From: Eledone cirrhosa
Lineage: Eukaryota
Assembly (NCBI GenBank): GCA_964016885.1
Contig: OZ024742.1
Coordinates: 221,898,001-221,962,000, forward strand
Reading direction: 5' to 3'
Length of the DNA: 64,000 nt
The notes beneath the pieces were generated by a model. That model was not told where the DNA came from, made no database searches, and saw only the letters and a list, made by a program, of their open reading frames with translations. The translations under genes were made by a program, and so were the position numbers. Shown here piece by piece: positions 41,288 through 54,061 of the stretch. Position 1 is the first letter of the stretch; each line of letters opens with the position of its first letter.

Positions 41288-41774
41288 GAACGTAGTCTAT
41301 GAACGAGGTCTATGAAACAAGCATATATCTCTCACACGATTTCTCGAAGACCTGCTGCATATCTGTTCCTCATCAAGCTTAGACTCAACAATATCCCAAC
41401 ATCTCTTTGCCAAAGATTTATTTGAACAATTTATAAACAATTGTTTTATGAAATACAGACTAAAGGTACTTTGCCAGTACATTGGTACTCAGTTGTGAAA
41501 TTGTTGTAATTACATAAACAACTATTTTTTTTAAAAATAATTATTTTTATCTAATCAATTTAGTTTTTATTTATTTGAACAGATTATAAACTACTGTTTT
41601 GTGAACTATAAAACTAAGAACGAGAAACAAATGACACAGAAAGTAATTGAATTATTTGCATTAATGAAAATCTAGAAATATTTTGTCATGGCTGGCAATA
41701 TAGTAATGGGAACTAGCTATAGAAGAGAGGAAGGAGAGAAATATGTAGAAGGAAGAAGTACATTCTTTTTAATG

Positions 41775-42345
41775 GTAGTAGTAGTGGTGGTGGTGGGGGG
41801 GGGGGGTGATATTGATGGTGGAAGTGGTGGTAGTTGTGGTGGTGGTAGTGGATGTAGTGGTGGTGGTGGTAGTGGTGGTGGTGGCGTTGTTGGTGGTGGT
41901 GGTTGTGGTGGTTGTGGTGGTGGTGGGGGTGGTGATGGTGGTGGTGGTGATGTTGATGATGGTGGTGGTGGTGGTGGAGGTGGAGGTAGTTGTGGTGGTG
42001 GTAGTGGATGTAGTGGTGGTGGTGGTGGCGTTGGTGGTGGTGGCGGTGGTGGCGTTGGTGGTGGTAGTGGTGGTGGTGGGGGTGGTGATGGTGGTTGTGG
42101 TGATGTTGATGGTGGTGGTGGTGGAGGTGGTGGTGGTGTGGGGGGGTAGTGGATGTAGTGGGGGGGGGGGGGGGGTAGTGGTGGGGTGGTGGTGGTGGTG
42201 GTGGCGTTGGTGGTGGTGGCGGTGGTGGTGGTGACGATGATGATGTCGATATCAACGACAACGATGTTGATGAAGGTGACGATGACTAAGATGAAGATGA
42301 CGATGACTATGATGATGATGATGATGATGATGACGATGATGTTAG
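41775..42345. repeat. (GGT)n/(GAT)n trinucleotide repeat region
   Basis: Direct inspection; internal ~120 bp duplication. Confidence 0.95.
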
Positions 42346-42724
42346 TAAGGTGATGTGCTATATTTTCACGGTGAATAAATTGAATTTTCCGATTTAATCT
42401 CTGAGAAATCTCTAAACGTATAGAGTAGCACACACATATGCACATATACACACATACACATACACATATACACACATATACAAACATATACATGCACATA
42501 TACAAACATAAAAACATAAACGCTATATAAGGTCTCATGTGATGAATCCTACGTCAGTTTCGACGATGAGGTTTCAGTTATTCAACTAACTCAGAGGTTC
42601 CTTTTGAGCCCCCTCCCCACGTGACCACGTAATACCTTCAGCGTCCCACAACCCTATTTCTACACACAAATTGTAAATAATATATAATAAATAAAATCGT
42701 CAATTTATATATAATAAATAATAT

Positions 42725-42850
42725 AATTGTTTCTACTTTTGGCACAAGGCCAGCAAATACCCAGTGCATTACTGGTACTTTATTTTATCGACCCCGTAAG
42801 GATGAAAGGCAAAGTTAACCTCGGCGGGATTTGAACTCAGAATGGCAAGG
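42725..42850 (-). mobile_element. 5'-truncated tRNA-SINE
   Basis: rc of the SINE 3' half; TATAAATAAATAT on both flanks. Confidence 0.88.
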
Positions 42851-43691
42851 GAATACATACTATGTATAAATAAATATTATGTTTTTTATTTTACTATATT
42901 TATATATATACTGTATATGTATCATTTGATATTTAATATACTATTATATTATCGGCCCTTATGCCGCACTACCCCCCCCCCCCCACAGGCCTCAGCCCCC
43001 CCCCCCCCCGGACCTTCTCACCCCCACCCCCGGGGCTCTGAACTAACTGAACGTCCAGCTTGCGAATTAACGTGTAAGTGGTTGAGTATTCATCAGACAC
43101 GTGTAACCTTAACGTAATTCCCAGACAGAATCAGCATGTCATAATATGTGACAAAGCTGGACTTTTGAATTGCATGTACAGTCCCCACAAACACGTATGT
43201 GGCAAAATCAGCACAACAGAATGTGTGAGAAAGCTGTACAGTTAACCTAATTCTCAAGCCTAATCATCATTAACATAGATATATCAAACGAGTGGTAACG
43301 AAAGAGTTAAATTAATAAGAAGATAAAATGATAAAAACAAAATAAAACAACTCAGCAAATGTTGAATGGAATACTCAAGTTTCAAGCAATTGTTCTACAA
43401 GAACAGGTGTTTTTGTGGTTGTACTAGAAATGTATTTATATTTGCTGTAATGACACAAAGAGAAACCCCGCAGCGAATAACATTACTAAAAGACAAAAAT
43501 GATAGCATCTCTTCGCTCTCTCGTATGTCTCTTTGTAAGTACATATAACGAATAGTTCCGAGAAAAATCACGCTGGTTATCAAAACAAGTTCATCAGTCA
43601 CCACGCTCTATTACTAGTACACACATGAAAACATTTGCTACTCAAAACATTCTAACTAATCAAAGCATGTATAACGTCAGCGTTTAACACG

Positions 43692-43851
43692 GCATCAGCT
43701 GCTCTGCTCTCCGTATCAGCTGCTCCGCTCTCCGCATCGGCTGCTCCGCTCTCCGCATCGGCTGCTCCGCTCTCCGTATCGGCTGCTCCGCTCTCCGTAT
43801 CGGCTGCTCCGCTCTCCTTATCGGCTGCTCCGCTCTCCGTATCGGCTGCTC
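43692..43851. repeat. 21-bp GC-rich minisatellite, ~7.5 copies
   Basis: Unit GTATCGGCTGCTCCGCTCTCC. Confidence 0.93.
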
Positions 43852-43885
43852 AAGGTATTCTACGCCGCCATTGTAATTTCATTGT

Positions 43886-44190
43886 GGATGCAGCATGGCC
43901 GAATGGTTAAAGAGTTCGCTTCGAAATAATTAGGTCCCAAGTTTGATCCTACTGCGTGGAATCTTGGGTAAGTGTCATTTGCCATAGCCGCGTTCGACCC
44001 ATGCATTGGGTAGATGGAAGCTGTTTGGAAGCCCGTCAGATGGATTGTACTTGTAAGTTCAAAGGGCTAACCTTGTCATACACTTTGGTGCGCTGAATCT
44101 CCCCGAGAATTATGTTAGGGATGAATGTGTCTATAAATACTAAGTTCATAATCAAACATTTGGAACACTCATCGTCGAAACAGACGGAAA
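43886..44190 (+). mobile_element. Degenerate tRNA-SINE (second family)
   Basis: A box TGGCCGAATGG, B-box-like AGTTTGATCC; TTCATTG on both flanks. Confidence 0.65.
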
Positions 44191-44387
44191 TTCATTGCTT
44201 CCTGCTCCGTATTTTCATTGAAATCCTTGGAAAATACTTATGTTGTGCGTATGAAACAGGGCAAGGGCTACCATTAAGGCCAATTAGGCAACCACATTGG
44301 GCCATGGGCAAATTAAGCGTCCTTGGGGCCTATGGCTAAACATTTCATCTGGATCATTGCGTATTATTTATGGTTGTGATCATTGCG

Positions 44388-44735
44388 TGGGGGATTGGCA
44401 GTATTGGTAGAGGGTCGGGCGCCATGCTTTGCAGCAAAGAGTTACGGCCCTTTATGGTCTGAGTTCAAATCCCGCCGTAGTTAACTTTGCCTTTCATCCT
44501 TTCGGGGTCGATAAAATAAAGTACCAATATTGCACTGGAATAATTGCTGGCCTTCTGCCAAAAGTAGAAACAATTATTTATGGTTGCTTTGCAGCAAAGA
44601 GTTACGGCCCTTTATGGGCTGAGTTCAAATCCCGCCGACGTTAACTTTGCCTTTCATCCTTACGGGGTCGATAAAATAAAGTACCAATAATGCACTGGGA
44701 TAATTGCTGGCCTTGTGCCGAAAGTAGAAATAATT
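44388..44735 (+). mobile_element. Tandem pair of tRNA-SINEs at one target site
   Basis: ATTATTTATGGTTG occurs before, between and after the copies. Confidence 0.92.
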
Positions 44736-45618
44736 ATTTATGGTTGCAGAAAAATTATTTGGGACCTTTTAAATATTGTAGGCTCCTGGCTGTAGCCTAG
44801 TAAGACCCTCTTCTAATCCAACGCAGCATATGGCGCTGACACCAGATAGTTGCATTACTAACCTTCAAGGATTTCAGTTTCAGACGACTTTATATAATAA
44901 CATTAAGTATATAATAGTTTACTGTGATCAATAAACAAATCACTCAACATCTTTGATCTGTTGCAGAGTTGTGGAAATAACCAAAGAGGTGGAGAGGGTT
45001 GTATGGTATTATGGCTTGTCACATGATTTTGTCATGGGTGAGTGTGAACTCTGTAATGAAAAATGTAGGCTTAATAATTTTCTTAGAACAAGAAGTGTCA
45101 AAAGAATTAGGTTGGTCAGCTTACCAAGCTTTCAGTTGAAATTATTTTATTTGAGGAAATGTGGTTGCATAGCTGACAGAAGGGGCACACATTGTAAGGA
45201 TATAGTAGGGCGCTAAATATGCAGGCAGTAGCCTTGTCAATAATAGCACAAACAAAATCTATGGATACACAATGTATTAACCCCGAAACATAATTCAGTT
45301 TCCTGAAGACGAATTGACAGATGACCAGAGGTGTGACTAGGGAAAATAGCACCTATGGCAAGCAGTGAAATTGCGCCCCTGCCCAGCACTGTATTTTTAA
45401 CTATGGACTTAATAATTCATATAAATAGTTTAGTGATCCAGCCACCATAGTGCTTCTCACCCATGATAATCAAAGAGAGATCATACATCTCACTCTCCGA
45501 CGATAGCTTATCTGACTTTAATAGAAAGTGCTCCCAGTTCATGTGCCGCCCGCTTCATGTGTCGTCCATTGCTACTCCTAACGTTCCGTGTGTATAACAT
45601 AACTCCGGTGTACACCCA

Positions 45619-45700
<82 letters not shown>

Positions 45701-45934
45701 AAAAAGTGAAGAATAACATGGTCAACAGTACAAAAAAAAGGGATTTATTTACAGTCTGACAATTGTTTCACTGACCATTACTCACCAGAGTACTCGATTC
45801 TTGGGGTAGTAGAGTGGGTAATATGAACAATTCGGGACCCCGATGGCTGAGCTCCGGCCATTTCACCAGCTAGATCAGAGCGTTCGGATCTAGCTGTTGA
45901 AACGACCGGAACTCAGCCTTCAGGGTTCCGAATT

Positions 45935-46071
<137 letters not shown>

Positions 46072-46743
46072 TCTTTTGGTAAACTTGTACCAGGTTATCC
46101 ATCAAAATCTTGATCTCTTACAAATATTTCACTACAGTATTCAGTTTCTCATGATGCTAAAAAAAATGTAAAACAACCAGATGTTTAAGATTGTGTATAG
46201 AAGTAAGTACCCACTAACTGTGTTTGTTAGCTGCCATTTGCACTTAATTTTAGATCGACATTTATCGTATTATACACGAGAACATACATCAACCGGCTGC
46301 TCTACACTCGATATCAACTGCTCCAAGCAATCTACGCCACCTTTATATTTTCATTGAAATCTAGTACGTATAATAAAATACTGTAGCCATCGGAAAATAC
46401 TTTGCTTGTTTGTTTGTATGCAATACCTCTCTTTCACAAAACAAACGTAGCAGAAATCGAAGACTGTCTAAATTATTCCTCGCCTCGCTCTATATTGTAT
46501 GTGGATATTTATAATGTTTCATTAATTTCAGATACTCGATATCTGTTTATATAGATATAAGTGCAACATTTCATCTCATCGCTACAAACACGAGACACCA
46601 CACCTGCTTATCTAAACCGAAATAGACAGTTTTAGAAATACACACTAATACAAACCAAATACTTATGTACACACACACACACACATGTATATATATATAT
46701 ATATACGTACGTATATATGTATATATATATATATATATATGGT

Positions 46744-47449
<706 letters not shown>

Positions 47450-47670
47450 TAACAGATTAAAGTTTAAGCAAAGAATGGCTGCTTTGTTAGTTTCAGAAGA
47501 TCCCGTTAAGGGTGAAAGCAGCGATTCTTTGCTTAAACTTTAATCTGTTATTTTAATAAATATTTGCTCTACGGTTCTTATATTTTTGATATATATTTAT
47601 CCTTATCGAGCCCTCTTTGGATTTTAGTCTTCAAATTTATTATTATTACTATATATATATATATATATAT

Positions 47671-48397
47671 AGCGGCGCGAGGTTTTTTATATGAAATCGT
47701 GTGTCGAAACAGATATTGTTATATAATATCTAAACATAGGAATGACCCAGCAGATAGGCAAATCAGAGAGGCCAGTGAAATAGAAATTAGAAGACCAAAG
47801 CTAAACAGAAAGAATGAGTGGAACAACAACAACACCCAAGCAAACAACACTGACCTAAGGGAAGTATAAATAAGTAAATAAAATAAAATAAAATAAGATA
47901 AATAAATACATACACAAGCACAATAACAACAAGCACATAAACACACACTAGTCACCCAGCAGACACAACACTATACACACTAGTCACACAGCACACATAA
48001 CACTATACACACACGCAAACGCATGCGCAAAGAAGACAAAATAAAATAAAATAAACAAACAAGCAAATAAATAAATAAATATATAGACAGACTGAATAAA
48101 AAATGGCGTAGACATACAACACAACAGGAGGAACAAAGAATATAACACCACTGACGATGTTGCAGATGTGCAACGAAAGATTTATGTAAATTATGTAAAC
48201 TATATATATGTGTTTGTGTCTATATTGTATCTGTATTATTTTTGACCGTCGGTCAGTCAATGGCAACATTGAGGACCGAGTAAGTTAGATCGCAGATATA
48301 AAAGACAGCGAGAAGCGAAAACCAACCAAACAGTGAGTGTGTTCTGTTATTAATTCTGGCAATATTACACAAATATGACCCTCCCCAAGTATAACAA
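47671..48397 (+). mobile_element. Penelope-derived internally deleted element with GIY-YIG C-terminal remnant
   Basis: ~47720-47822 encodes IISKHRNDPADRQIREASEIEIRRPKLNRKNEW (R-x-x-x-E...LN motif of GIY-YIG); same termini as 9287-9696; hammerhead core at 48151-48178. Confidence 0.72.
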
Positions 48398-48478
48398 TAT
48401 ATATATATATATATTTATTAATTAAAATAACAGATTAAAGTTTAAGCAAAGAGTCGGTGCTTTCACCCTTAACGGGAT

Positions 48479-48543
<65 letters not shown>

Positions 48544-48692
48544 TATATATAAATAAATAAATATATATATATATGTATGTATGTATATAGACATACATAC
48601 ACACTACTATATCAAGTGTTAAATTAATATATTTCTTCATTGTACTGTGTTGTTTGCTTTGTTGTTTCCGTTTACATTATGCACACACACAT

Positions 48693-48757
<65 letters not shown>

Positions 48758-49034
48758 CTATTAAGGGTCCATTTCTATGTTGCCTGTGTGTGTGTAAGGC
48801 GGTCGATTTGACTGTGTCGTTAGAGCATTGAATATTTGTTCTGGGCCTCTGCGTTCTGAATTCAAATCCCGTCGGGGTTCACTTTACCTTGCATCATTTA
48901 GGGGTCGATAAAGAAAGTACAAGCCCTTCCAGCTGTCACATGCCGAATGTTTCGCTGGATGAAAGTAGGGAGGCTGGAAGGGCCGAGAAGGCGTCTGTGT
49001 CTGCTTGCGATTGCATGGACACCTAAACTAATTG

Positions 49035-49787
<753 letters not shown>

Positions 49788-50558
49788 TTGGTGTCGAAAT
49801 AACATTTACAAGGTTGAATTCCTTGCCTGATGCTGTTCACCTTAACATCGTATCACAACACAACCTCCCCCCCCTCTCCTCCTCCTCTACCCCCCACCCA
49901 CCCTTATAGCCCATATCTCTTTTTATCTACTCCAGACGTCCTACCTTATTCTCAGGCTTGTTATAACTTATAATATCACCTTGCCCTTTGGGTTACGTCT
50001 ATTACCTCCCACCTAAAGGTGGCACGGGGGAGGGGGGGGCACATTCTCTTCCATTTCTCACATTCTCCTGACTTGCTGCTTGCCAGATTCTCAGACTTCT
50101 CGCTCCCACCTAATTTTGAGGCATTATGGTGGTTTTGATGTCAAGTTTGATTGCCTTGTTACACACACATGGCACACACACACACATGCACACACACACA
50201 CATGCACACGCACACACACACAAACAAACACACACACACACACATGCACACACACACACACACACAAACAAACACACATACACACATGCACACACACACA
50301 CACACAAACACACAAACAAACACACATACACACACATGCACACACACACACACACATATGCACACACACACACACACACAGACACACACAAACACACAAA
50401 CAAACACACATACACACACACATACATATATATATATATACATATACATAAATATATACATATTTTCACCTATTCGCAGGAATTGTTTCCCAACAGCCCA
50501 CCAACATACAAACACACACAGACGCACACTTATATACATACATGCATACAACAGCAGA

Positions 50559-50643
50559 GGTCCGACGAGCTTTTGATTCCAGAGTCAGGCCAGGTTGATA
50601 CAGATCGAACCTTGAGCTGATCAATAGCGAAACGTGCGTTACC
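50559..50643 (+). ncRNA. Degenerate type I hammerhead ribozyme
   Basis: GGU-CCGACGA(U4C)-GCUUUUGAU...AUCAAUAGC-GAA-ACGUGCGU-U-ACC. Confidence 0.6.
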
Positions 50644-50682
50644 AATCAATAAACGCAAGGCTTAACAAATCGTCATTGTATT

Positions 50683-51175
50683 TTATCTGAGTTCAAATCC
50701 CGCTGAGCTTAACTTTGCCTTTCATCCTTACGGGGTCGATAAAATAAAGTACCAGTCACGCACATCGACTTCCCCCCACCCCCAAAATTGCTGGCCTTGT
50801 GCCTATATAAGAAACCATTATTATTATTTTTGTTGTTTGAATTTTTTTTAATTTCTAGCCCGATTTTGTTATAACCTGTTTACATGACCTAAACCCACTT
50901 TGTATCGTCCTGTACTGTTCTGTGCCGTCTCTAATGTTTTTCTTCGAGTTAGCCCTTGTGGCCAATAAAAAAACCATTATTATTATTATTATAGCAGGGC
51001 GGTGGATTGGCAGTATCGGTAGACAGTCGGACGCCATGCTTTCCAGCATAGTTACGTCCCTTTACGGTCTGAGTTCAAATCCCGTCGAGGTTAACTTTGC
51101 CTTTCATCCTTACGGGGTCGAAAAAATAAAGTACCAGTAATGTACTGGGTAATTGCTGGCCTTGTGCCAAAAGTA
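50683..51175 (+). mobile_element. SINE (50683-50825), Tx1-like 3' UTR stub (50826-50976), SINE (50997-51175)
   Basis: SINE consensus; stub ends GCCCTTGTGGCCAATAAAAAAACCATTATT. Confidence 0.9.
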
Positions 51176-51194
51176 TTATTATTGTTATTGTTAT

Positions 51195-51880
51195 TCCTTG
51201 AATCTCAGTCATTGATGTTGGTTAACTGGAAAGTCCGTTGGATTGAATATCAAGCCACTACCTGCAGCCTCAGATATTCAGGACGTATCGGAGGGTTCTT
51301 GCCGTTCCAAGCAAGCATGCCTTTTGAAGCGTTCCAAAAAGCGTGAAGGGGCCGATTTTCTTTAACCATCCCTGGAAGCCTTTGGAGATAGTCCCCAGTG
51401 CGCCTATGACAATCGGGATCACTTTGACTTCATGGCAGTTCCAAATCCTTTTCACCTCCCACTTTAGGTCCTGGTATCGGTTAATTTTCTCCCTCTCCTT
51501 CTCTTGCACTCTCGTGTCGAACGGGCAGGCCACATCCACAATCAGGCACGATCTTTTTTCTTTGTCCACAACCACCAGGTCAGGTCTATTGTGTTCCAGT
51601 TTTTTGTCCGTCTGTATCCTAAAATCCCACAGCACCTTCACCTGACTGTTCTCCATCACCGCCTCTGGCCTATGCTCATACCATTTCTCAGAATGTGGTA
51701 GATTGTTTACTTTGCACAGGTGCCAGTGGATCACCCTGCCCATCACATCGTGTCTCCAGCCCTTATAGTGGGTCTGGGCTAGGTGTTTACACTCGGACAC
51801 AATGTGAGCCACAGTCTCCTCTCTCTCTCCACAGATCCTGCACAGTGGGCTAGCCTCCTCCTTGTAGATATGGTGCTTCA
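51195..51880 (-). mobile_element. Dong/R4-like family A, 3' fragment with open frame
   Basis: CRICGEREETVAHIVSEC...RPDLVV..LIVDVACP..KINRY; (ATT)n on both sides. Confidence 0.95.
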
Positions 51881-52121
51881 ATAATATTATTATTATTATT
51901 ATTATTATTGACGAAAGTGGATGTACGTTTTTTGAAGCTCCGTGAGTAAGCAATTTTTTGAGGATTAATTGTAGAGAATTGTTTATTTTTTTGTACCGCT
52001 GAAGCATTATAAGACATTAATTTGTATCCTGTGAAGGAATAACTCATAATATTTGGGCCTTTTGGCCCAAATATTTGAACTTTATTTTGAAAAAAAATAA
52101 TAATTTTTTTCTCAAAAAAAC

Positions 52122-54032
52122 ATGGCGGAGCCACGCCCCCTAGAGGCGGGTCTGCTGTCGTGCAACGGCGACTTGAGCGTTGAGAGGAGAGGTGAGGCGA
52201 GGAGCGCCACCAGCACGAATGTGAGCAGCGACAGTGCCAGCACCAACGGGCCGAGCGGCGCGGAAGGTGGTAACAGCGACAACACCAACACCAACAAGCC
52301 GAACAGCGCAGAAGGTGGTAATAACGAGAGCACCAACAAAACGAACAGCACAGAGAGTAATAGTAGCGACAGCAACAGCACCAACAAGGCCAACAGCACA
52401 GAGGGTAACCACGACACAGGGGAGAACAACAACAGCAATAGCAGCAGCAACACCAACAAGAACAACAACAGTGACAACACCAACAAGAACACTTTCGCTG
52501 CTGTGGCAGCGGCTAAAAGGAGACCATGCTACAGCATCGACTTAACCAACAGAGAGGAAAAGTTGGCCCAGGCCTGGAAAATCATAAATCAAGAGCAGAC
52601 CTGGGCAAACTTAACTGTCCCGGCAGAAGCCATTGAGGCAGTGGAAAAAAGAACGGTGCATTTCAGATGCATCTCAGTAGAGACAAAGAGGGCAGCGATA
52701 ATCGCCCAAGCTGACATAGAAGCCGCACTGAAATACATCAGAGAGGACACAGACTTCATAGAGAGGGGCAGGCAATACGGCACCGTTTCGGTGCTGTTCA
52801 AGTCTGAAGCCCTCGCTGTGAAGCATTCAATGACCCCTTGCAAAACCAGCAAGGTCATAATGTACCCCTCCCACATGGGAAAACGAATAGCACGTGTGCG
52901 CATTCCCAGGATTCCACCAGGACTTGATATGTGGTGGCTCCTGGGTTGCGTAATCGTGGAAGGAACGGATACAGTCCCGGTAGAGGCAACGAGAACTGCC
53001 AGGGACGACTGGTCCGGGGTTGATCTGGAGATACTGCTCCAAATCAGACCCGAAAACGTAAAAACAATCCCGGACCACATCCGCCTCCAAAACGGGAGGG
53101 TGTTGCATATAATGACTGAGGGCAAAAGGCCGCATTGTTTCCTTTGTGGGGAAACGACACACTTGCGAGCCTTCTGCCCTCAACTGCCGAAAAGCGCAAG
53201 GGGTCGAAAGATTCCACTGCTGGCGACGCCGGGACAAGGACCACCAGCAACACCGTCAACAATGGAACCACCAAAATTGCACACCCAGGGGGGAAACGAG
53301 GAAAGCTCTCCCATTCCCCCTCCCCCCCAAAATACACACACGAACAAGAACATAAACACTCACTCAGACACAAACACGCTCACAGCCACAGACCCCTCAT
53401 CCTCCAGCAGTGAAGATGAGGGAAAACCAAAGTCCCCCAAAATACAAAAAACAAAACACAAAGAAAAAAGAAATCCACAAAGCACAAACACCCCCACAAA
53501 AAAAAATACACACACCACCCACACAAACATTTTCCCCACAGCATCACCAACACAACCACCAAAATCCCCCAAACGCAAACAAGCTAAACAGACACAAGAA
53601 CAAATAGACACACAAACATCAGAAACTACAGACACCCCACCCACAACAAACGCAGACACAATAGAAACAACACTAACAAAGCTATCACCACCACAATCAC
53701 ACGAACAAATAAAACCCGAGCAACAAAACATTAAAAACTTCGTGCTTGCCAGAAGGGCCAACAAGGAATTGATGGCCCATGTAGCACGAAGCACAAACAT
53801 CGAAAAAGACGGGGAAACATTTGAAGCGAGCACATTTCGCGTACCAGATAATTTGCTTCTGATGCGAATGTCGCTCGCTTCATACAAAGAAATTCGAAAG
53901 AGCTTTCCTCGGGATGTGGGAACCCCGAACGTAAAACCCACGTCAAGACTATTAAAGGGGTTCCCAAAAGAAACCCCACAAACCATGGAGGTCGAACCAC
54001 CCGACCTTCACAAGACCCCGGAAGGTAAGTAA
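52122..54032 (+). CDS. Tx1-like ORF1p (gag-like nucleic-acid-binding protein)
   Basis: 636 aa; CCHC knuckle CFLCGETTHLRAFC; central region homologous to ORF1 at 23503-24585; low-complexity flanks. Confidence 0.92.
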   Translation: MAEPRPLEAGLLSCNGDLSVERRGEARSATSTNVSSDSASTNGPSGAEGGNSDNTNTNKPNSAEGGNNESTNKTNSTESNSSDSNSTNKANSTEGNHDTGENNNSNSSSNTNKNNNSDNTNKNTFAAVAAAKRRPCYSIDLTNREEKLAQAWKIINQEQTWANLTVPAEAIEAVEKRTVHFRCISVETKRAAIIAQADIEAALKYIREDTDFIERGRQYGTVSVLFKSEALAVKHSMTPCKTSKVIMYPSHMGKRIARVRIPRIPPGLDMWWLLGCVIVEGTDTVPVEATRTARDDWSGVDLEILLQIRPENVKTIPDHIRLQNGRVLHIMTEGKRPHCFLCGETTHLRAFCPQLPKSARGRKIPLLATPGQGPPATPSTMEPPKLHTQGGNEESSPIPPPPQNTHTNKNINTHSDTNTLTATDPSSSSSEDEGKPKSPKIQKTKHKEKRNPQSTNTPTKKNTHTTHTNIFPTASPTQPPKSPKRKQAKQTQEQIDTQTSETTDTPPTTNADTIETTLTKLSPPQSHEQIKPEQQNIKNFVLARRANKELMAHVARSTNIEKDGETFEASTFRVPDNLLLMRMSLASYKEIRKSFPRDVGTPNVKPTSRLLKGFPKETPQTMEVEPPDLHKTPEGK

Positions 54033-54061
54033 ACCTTTCCTCTCCCATTCATCCTGCCAGC

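Noticed and set aside
41688-42538. Gly-, Pro- and His-rich ORFs
   Set aside because: Products of (GGT)n; open in several frames with no gene context.
43692-43851. CRISPR-like array
   Set aside because: Head-to-tail repeats without spacers, in eukaryotic DNA.
54025-54060. 36-nt intron fusing ORF1 to ORF2
   Set aside because: The spliced product is out of frame (GAA GCA TGG CCA TAA) and the AG is absent in the second copy.
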